Below are positions 58,181-64,000 of a DNA stretch of 64,000 nucleotides, piece by piece. The first letter of the stretch is position 1, and every line of letters starts with the position of its first letter. The translations under genes and the position numbers were made by a program. Origin of the DNA: TPA_inf: Saccharomyces (lineage: Eukaryota); NCBI GenBank assembly GCA_000146045.2, contig BK006934.2, positions 384,001-448,000 on the forward strand, written 5' to 3'. Under the pieces are notes generated by a model. That model was not told where the DNA came from and did not search any database. It saw nothing but the letters and a program-made list of their open reading frames with translations.

Positions 58181-59476
58181 ATGGCAGACTTTAAATCTTT
58201 AGGTCTTTCAAAATGGCTTACGGAATCCTTAAGAGCTATGAAAATTACTCAGCCAACCGCTATCCAAAAGGCTTGTATTCCCAAAATCTTAGAAGGAAGA
58301 GATTGTATTGGTGGTGCCAAGACTGGTTCTGGTAAAACTATTGCATTTGCAGGGCCTATGCTGACTAAATGGTCCGAAGATCCGTCAGGGATGTTTGGAG
58401 TGGTCTTGACCCCAACCAGAGAGTTAGCCATGCAAATTGCCGAACAATTTACTGCACTTGGTAGCAGTATGAACATTCGCGTGTCAGTTATAGTTGGTGG
58501 TGAAAGCATCGTTCAGCAGGCATTGGATTTACAAAGGAAGCCGCACTTTATTATTGCCACGCCTGGACGTCTGGCACATCATATCATGAGCAGCGGAGAT
58601 GATACCGTTGGAGGGCTAATGAGAGCTAAATATTTAGTTCTAGATGAAGCCGATATTTTGCTAACTAGCACGTTTGCCGATCATTTAGCAACATGTATAA
58701 GTGCTCTACCTCCCAAGGATAAGAGACAAACACTTCTATTCACTGCAACTATAACGGACCAAGTAAAGTCGTTACAAAATGCACCAGTGCAGAAAGGGAA
58801 ACCCCCATTGTTCGCTTACCAAGTAGAAAGTGTAGATAATGTGGCTATTCCATCGACGTTGAAAATAGAGTATATCTTGGTTCCAGAACACGTCAAAGAA
58901 GCATATTTGTACCAATTATTAACATGCGAGGAATATGAGAATAAAACCGCTATAATATTTGTAAATAGAACAATGACCGCGGAGATCCTTAGAAGAACCC
59001 TGAAGCAGTTGGAAGTGAGGGTAGCGTCGTTGCACTCTCAAATGCCCCAACAGGAAAGAACAAATTCCTTACATAGATTTCGAGCTAACGCTGCAAGAAT
59101 CCTCATCGCTACAGATGTAGCATCCAGAGGTTTGGATATCCCAACTGTTGAGCTTGTAGTGAATTACGATATACCTTCAGACCCAGATGTATTCATCCAT
59201 AGATCTGGTCGTACGGCCCGTGCTGGCAGAATTGGTGACGCCATATCATTCGTTACCCAGCGAGATGTTTCTAGGATACAGGCCATTGAGGACCGTATCA
59301 ACAAGAAGATGACAGAGACAAACAAGGTACACGATACCGCTGTAATAAGAAAAGCCTTGACCAAGGTAACCAAGGCGAAGAGGGAATCGCTGATGGCAAT
59401 GCAAAAGGAAAACTTCGGTGAGAGAAAAAGACAGCAAAAGAAGAAGCAAAATGACGGGAAAAGTTTGCGCTCTTGA
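58181..59476 (+). CDS. DBP8: Nucleolar DEAD-box RNA helicase Dbp8, 431 aa.
   Basis: Walker A AKTGSGKT, DEAD box (VLDEAD), motif VI HRSGRTARAGR. Confidence 0.92.
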   Translation: MADFKSLGLSKWLTESLRAMKITQPTAIQKACIPKILEGRDCIGGAKTGSGKTIAFAGPMLTKWSEDPSGMFGVVLTPTRELAMQIAEQFTALGSSMNIRVSVIVGGESIVQQALDLQRKPHFIIATPGRLAHHIMSSGDDTVGGLMRAKYLVLDEADILLTSTFADHLATCISALPPKDKRQTLLFTATITDQVKSLQNAPVQKGKPPLFAYQVESVDNVAIPSTLKIEYILVPEHVKEAYLYQLLTCEEYENKTAIIFVNRTMTAEILRRTLKQLEVRVASLHSQMPQQERTNSLHRFRANAARILIATDVASRGLDIPTVELVVNYDIPSDPDVFIHRSGRTARAGRIGDAISFVTQRDVSRIQAIEDRINKKMTETNKVHDTAVIRKALTKVTKAKRESLMAMQKENFGERKRQQKKKQNDGKSLRS

Positions 59477-59668
59477 AAAATTCTAAATAAGATTTAAAGA
59501 CGTACATATCGTACAATCTGGATACTGTTTTCCAGGACAACTGATAGATACAATTTTGGCACATATGAAGTATGTTTCTATATAACGGGTGAGAAAATCG
59601 CTGTAAATTCAATTACGTACAATCACCGACGGGTAACTTATTTTTTTTTCTTTTTCTCTTGTAGTTGG

Positions 59669-59690
59669 AAAATTTTTTGAAGCTCATCGC
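59669..59690. promoter_or_regulatory. RRPE (AAAATTTTTTG, 59669-59679) plus a perfect reverse PAC AGCTCATCGC (59681-59690), about 140 bp upstream of the NMD3 ATG at 59828.
   Basis: Exact PAC reverse complement GCGATGAGCT. Confidence 0.65.
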
Positions 59691-59827
59691 ATTGGAAAAG
59701 AAAAATTACTAGCAGTTGTGATGATTTAACTATGTTTTGAGGAACCTTGGCTTTATCTTTTATTTGTCGCCTGGTACATAACACTACATTTTATTGTCTA
59801 ATAAACGTTGAGGAATTTGACAAAAGG

Positions 59828-61384
59828 ATGGAATTCACACCTATAGATCCGCACCAGCACCAAAATGCTGCTACTCTTCTATGTTGTAACTGTGGTACCC
59901 CAATCGATGGGTCCACTGGGCTGGTTATGTGTTATGACTGTATCAAACTGACTGTGGACATTACTCAAGGTATTCCAAGAGAAGCGAACATTTCATTTTG
60001 CAGAAACTGTGAAAGATTTTTGCAACCACCTGGACAATGGATCAGAGCAGAATTAGAATCTAGAGAATTACTGGCCATTTGTTTGCGTCGTTTGAAGGGC
60101 CTAACAAAAGTCAGATTAGTGGATGCTTCATTCATTTGGACAGAACCCCATTCTAGACGTATTAGAATTAAACTTACCGTGCAGGGAGAAGCCATGACAA
60201 ATACTATTATTCAGCAAACTTTCGAAGTAGAATACATTGTTATTGCGATGCAATGTCCAGACTGTGCCAGATCCTACACTACAAATACTTGGAGGGCTAC
60301 TGTCCAAATTAGACAAAAAGTGCCTCACAAGAGAACATTTTTGTTTTTGGAACAACTGATTTTGAAACATAATGCTCATGTGGATACCATTTCCATTAGT
60401 GAAGCTAAGGACGGGTTGGATTTCTTCTATGCGCAAAAAAACCACGCAGTTAAGATGATTGATTTTTTGAACGCTGTTGTTCCGATTAAACATAAAAAGT
60501 CTGAAGAACTTATTTCTCAAGATACACATACTGGTGCATCTACTTATAAATTTTCATATTCTGTCGAGATTGTTCCTATCTGTAAAGATGACTTGGTCGT
60601 TTTACCAAAAAAACTGGCTAAATCTATGGGTAACATTTCTCAATTTGTTCTATGTTCTAAGATTTCTAACACTGTCCAGTTTATGGATCCGACTACTTTG
60701 CAAACCGCGGATCTGTCACCATCTGTGTACTGGAGGGCTCCATTCAACGCCCTGGCTGATGTGACCCAGTTGGTGGAGTTCATTGTTCTGGACGTGGATT
60801 CTACAGGTATAAGCAGGGGAAATCGTGTCTTAGCTGACATTACTGTTGCTAGAACGTCTGACTTGGGTGTTAATGACCAAGTCTACTACGTCAGGTCTCA
60901 TCTCGGTGGTATTTGCCATGCAGGTGATAGTGTTATGGGTTATTTCATTGCAAACTCGAATTACAACTCAGATCTTTTTGATGGGTTAAATATCGATTAT
61001 GTGCCTGATGTAGTTCTTGTGAAGAAATTGTATCAAAGAAAGAGCAAAAAGAGCAGACACTGGAAGTTAAAGAGAATGGCTAAGGAACACAAAGATATCG
61101 ATGCATCCTTAGATTACAATTCAAGAGCTCAAAAGCAAGAAATGGAACGTGCAGAAAAGGACTACGAATTATTCTTACAAGAATTAGAAGAGGATGCTGA
61201 ATTAAGACAAAGTGTTAACCTATACAAAAACCGCGAAGCAAATGTACCTCCTGAAGAGCATGAAATGGATGAAGACGAGGATGAAGACGCTCCACAAATC
61301 AACATTGATGAATTATTGGACGAGTTAGATGAAATGACATTAGAAGATGGAGTCGAGAACACACCCGTTGAATCTCAGCAGTAA
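59828..61384 (+). CDS. NMD3: 60S ribosomal subunit export adaptor Nmd3, 518 aa. Start at MEFTPIDPHQ. The track ORF begins 27 codons upstream.
   Basis: N-terminal CxxC zinc clusters (CCNCG...CYDC, CRNCERF), C-terminal basic NLS and Leu-rich NES region. Confidence 0.9.
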   Translation: MEFTPIDPHQHQNAATLLCCNCGTPIDGSTGLVMCYDCIKLTVDITQGIPREANISFCRNCERFLQPPGQWIRAELESRELLAICLRRLKGLTKVRLVDASFIWTEPHSRRIRIKLTVQGEAMTNTIIQQTFEVEYIVIAMQCPDCARSYTTNTWRATVQIRQKVPHKRTFLFLEQLILKHNAHVDTISISEAKDGLDFFYAQKNHAVKMIDFLNAVVPIKHKKSEELISQDTHTGASTYKFSYSVEIVPICKDDLVVLPKKLAKSMGNISQFVLCSKISNTVQFMDPTTLQTADLSPSVYWRAPFNALADVTQLVEFIVLDVDSTGISRGNRVLADITVARTSDLGVNDQVYYVRSHLGGICHAGDSVMGYFIANSNYNSDLFDGLNIDYVPDVVLVKKLYQRKSKKSRHWKLKRMAKEHKDIDASLDYNSRAQKQEMERAEKDYELFLQELEEDAELRQSVNLYKNREANVPPEEHEMDEDEDEDAPQINIDELLDELDEMTLEDGVENTPVESQQ

Positions 61385-61712
61385 AAAAACACCAAAGAAT
61401 GGAGAGTAGTATATACTCTTAACAAACACTAGCATTTCAGTTTATCTATATACATATATATGGATGTAAAATGTACTTTATGGAAGAACAAGCCACCACA
61501 TGTTGAAAACTAGATAGGCAAGCAAGATTTTTCATTTGTAGAGCTCTTACGCAAGATTTTTAAACTTCCGCTTTTTTAATCCATGAGATTCCTTTGGACA
61601 CCCTTTCCGGCACGGCAAAACAAAAAAATTAAGGGAACTCATTATTTTACGATGCTACTTAGATAACTAAAGTTCATTATATTTCAACAAATATAAGATA
61701 ATCAAGAATAAA

Positions 61713-63605
61713 ATGTCGTCAGAAAGGGTCTTAAGTTATGCACCAGCTTTTAAATCATTTCTGGATACATCTTTTTTCCAAGAATTATCGAGATTGAAAC
61801 TCGATGTTCTGAAATTAGATTCAACATGCCAACCACTTACTGTGAATCTAGATTTACACAACATTCCTAAATCTGCTGATCAAGTTCCATTATTCTTAAC
61901 AAATAGAAGCTTTGAAAAACACAATAATAAGCGTACTAATGAAGTGCCTTTACAGGGCAGTATTTTCAATTTTAATGTATTAGACGAGTTTAAGAATCTT
62001 GATAAGCAACTATTTTTACATCAAAGAGCATTGGAATGCTGGGAAGATGGAATAAAGGATATCAATAAGTGTGTTTCTTTTGTGATTATTAGTTTTGCTG
62101 ACCTAAAAAAGTACAGGTTTTATTACTGGTTAGGTGTTCCCTGTTTTCAAAGACCCTCTTCAACAGTTTTACATGTGCGGCCAGAGCCGAGTTTAAAAGG
62201 GCTGTTCTCAAAGTGTCAAAAATGGTTTGATGTCAATTACTCAAAATGGGTGTGTATACTGGATGCAGACGATGAAATAGTAAATTATGACAAGTGTATT
62301 ATTCGAAAAACTAAAGTTTTGGCGATAAGGGACACTAGTACGATGGAAAACGTCCCTTCTGCTCTAACCAAAAATTTTCTCAGCGTGTTGCAATACGATG
62401 TTCCTGACTTGATAGATTTCAAACTATTAATTATTAGACAGAACGAAGGTAGCTTTGCATTAAATGCTACATTTGCTTCTATTGACCCACAATCATCCTC
62501 AAGTAACCCAGATATGAAAGTTTCTGGATGGGAAAGGAATGTGCAAGGTAAGCTAGCACCACGTGTTGTTGATTTAAGTTCATTGTTAGATCCTTTAAAA
62601 ATTGCTGACCAATCCGTGGATTTAAATTTGAAGCTAATGAAATGGAGAATTCTTCCTGACTTAAATCTAGATATCATCAAAAACACAAAAGTACTACTAC
62701 TAGGTGCTGGTACACTAGGTTGTTATGTTTCACGCGCATTGATAGCATGGGGGGTTAGAAAAATAACATTTGTGGATAACGGTACAGTTTCATATTCAAA
62801 TCCAGTGAGGCAAGCGTTATATAATTTTGAGGACTGTGGAAAGCCAAAGGCAGAACTTGCGGCTGCGTCTTTGAAAAGAATATTTCCTTTAATGGACGCT
62901 ACTGGTGTGAAATTAAGTATTCCTATGATCGGTCATAAATTAGTAAACGAGGAGGCTCAGCATAAGGATTTTGATAGATTAAGAGCATTAATAAAAGAGC
63001 ATGATATCATTTTTTTATTGGTGGATTCTCGAGAAAGCAGATGGCTTCCGTCGTTATTGAGCAACATCGAAAACAAAACCGTTATTAATGCTGCTCTGGG
63101 GTTTGATAGCTACTTAGTTATGAGGCATGGTAATAGAGATGAACAGTCTTCAAAACAACTGGGCTGTTATTTTTGCCATGATGTGGTAGCACCAACTGAC
63201 AGTTTAACTGACAGGACTTTGGATCAAATGTGCACAGTAACTAGACCCGGCGTTGCTATGATGGCCTCTTCTTTAGCAGTTGAATTGATGACTTCCTTAC
63301 TACAGACCAAATACTCTGGTTCAGAAACAACAGTATTAGGGGATATACCTCATCAAATACGTGGGTTTTTGCATAATTTTTCCATCTTAAAATTAGAAAC
63401 TCCAGCCTATGAGCATTGTCCAGCATGTAGCCCTAAAGTTATCGAAGCATTTACAGACTTAGGTTGGGAATTTGTTAAAAAGGCCTTGGAGCATCCACTT
63501 TACCTTGAAGAAATTAGCGGTTTGTCAGTCATAAAGCAGGAGGTCGAACGACTAGGCAACGATGTTTTTGAATGGGAAGATGATGAATCTGATGAGATTG
63601 CTTAA
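61713..63605 (+). CDS. ATG7: E1-like autophagy activating enzyme Atg7, 630 aa.
   Basis: ThiF/MoeB-like adenylation domain (LLLGAGTLGC Rossmann motif) and the catalytic Cys in QMCTVTRPG. Confidence 0.92.
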   Translation: MSSERVLSYAPAFKSFLDTSFFQELSRLKLDVLKLDSTCQPLTVNLDLHNIPKSADQVPLFLTNRSFEKHNNKRTNEVPLQGSIFNFNVLDEFKNLDKQLFLHQRALECWEDGIKDINKCVSFVIISFADLKKYRFYYWLGVPCFQRPSSTVLHVRPEPSLKGLFSKCQKWFDVNYSKWVCILDADDEIVNYDKCIIRKTKVLAIRDTSTMENVPSALTKNFLSVLQYDVPDLIDFKLLIIRQNEGSFALNATFASIDPQSSSSNPDMKVSGWERNVQGKLAPRVVDLSSLLDPLKIADQSVDLNLKLMKWRILPDLNLDIIKNTKVLLLGAGTLGCYVSRALIAWGVRKITFVDNGTVSYSNPVRQALYNFEDCGKPKAELAAASLKRIFPLMDATGVKLSIPMIGHKLVNEEAQHKDFDRLRALIKEHDIIFLLVDSRESRWLPSLLSNIENKTVINAALGFDSYLVMRHGNRDEQSSKQLGCYFCHDVVAPTDSLTDRTLDQMCTVTRPGVAMMASSLAVELMTSLLQTKYSGSETTVLGDIPHQIRGFLHNFSILKLETPAYEHCPACSPKVIEAFTDLGWEFVKKALEHPLYLEEISGLSVIKQEVERLGNDVFEWEDDESDEIA

Positions 63606-64000
63606 TATTTTGCATATAATAGCATTGGTACATATTGTGGTGCCACTTTCCGTAATTAAGCTACTAAATTTTTGACTCTAACGTTTATAACATTGAATTA
63701 TTAAAATGATCTTGCTATACTATTTTGCATACATTATTTTTTGTAGTTTTAACAAGAAGACAAATTCTTGACTTTACTCACAAAACATAAACATAAAATG
63801 TAATAAAGTCCTCAATGTTCACCGTATTTTTCAAAAAGGATCAGTGAAAGTGTCGGTAAAGCTACCTTTTTGATACTTTCTTTTTATGAGAATAAGTTGT
63901 ATTTCTTTATTATGTATGATACGGGCGTTCAATCAATACGTTTTAAGTTCGTTGCTGACGGCTAAGAAATTGGTAAGAGGAGTAGTTCCATCAATGTCTA

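Overview
This window is ordinary core chromosome from Saccharomyces cerevisiae, chromosome VIII right arm. It is collinear with the annotated block YHR142W (CHS7, 3' end only) through YHR171W (ATG7). Every long ORF in the six-frame track corresponds to a known yeast gene. The order is CHS7(partial)-DSE2-RPC10-DCD1-tRNA-Pro(UGG)-[solo Ty delta LTRs]-CRP1-MRPL6-IMP3-SKG6-PEX28-MTC6-SPO12-SPO16-RTT107-YSP1/LAM1-LIN1-REC104-KEL1-TDA11-PEX18-YAP1801-MPC2-SOL3-DNA2-PRP8-CDC23-THP2-MTG2-DBP8-NMD3-ATG7. Identifications rest on recognisable protein sequences and motifs read from the translations (DEAD box, Obg G-motifs, dCMP-deaminase zinc motif, Dna2 Fe-S cysteines plus Walker A, Kelch repeats, Atg7 E1 fold, zinc ribbons) and on the gene order. 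No database search was run. I see no prokaryote-style island, CRISPR array, or unexplained large ORF, and I do not believe this window holds a novel multi-gene system. The parts worth a second look are listed as findings. They are an intron-containing tRNA-Pro with two tandem solo Ty1/2 delta LTRs upstream, paired RRPE+PAC promoter elements upstream of three ribosome-biogenesis genes, URS1 meiotic elements in a three-gene meiotic cluster, trinucleotide repeats (the YAP1801 polyQ tract, the PRP8 polyPro blocks, an AAT/AGT microsatellite 3' of CRP1) and several genes with ambiguous N-terminal start codons. Many short ORFs in the track are antisense artifacts of low-complexity coding repeats or lie inside LTRs, and I rejected them.
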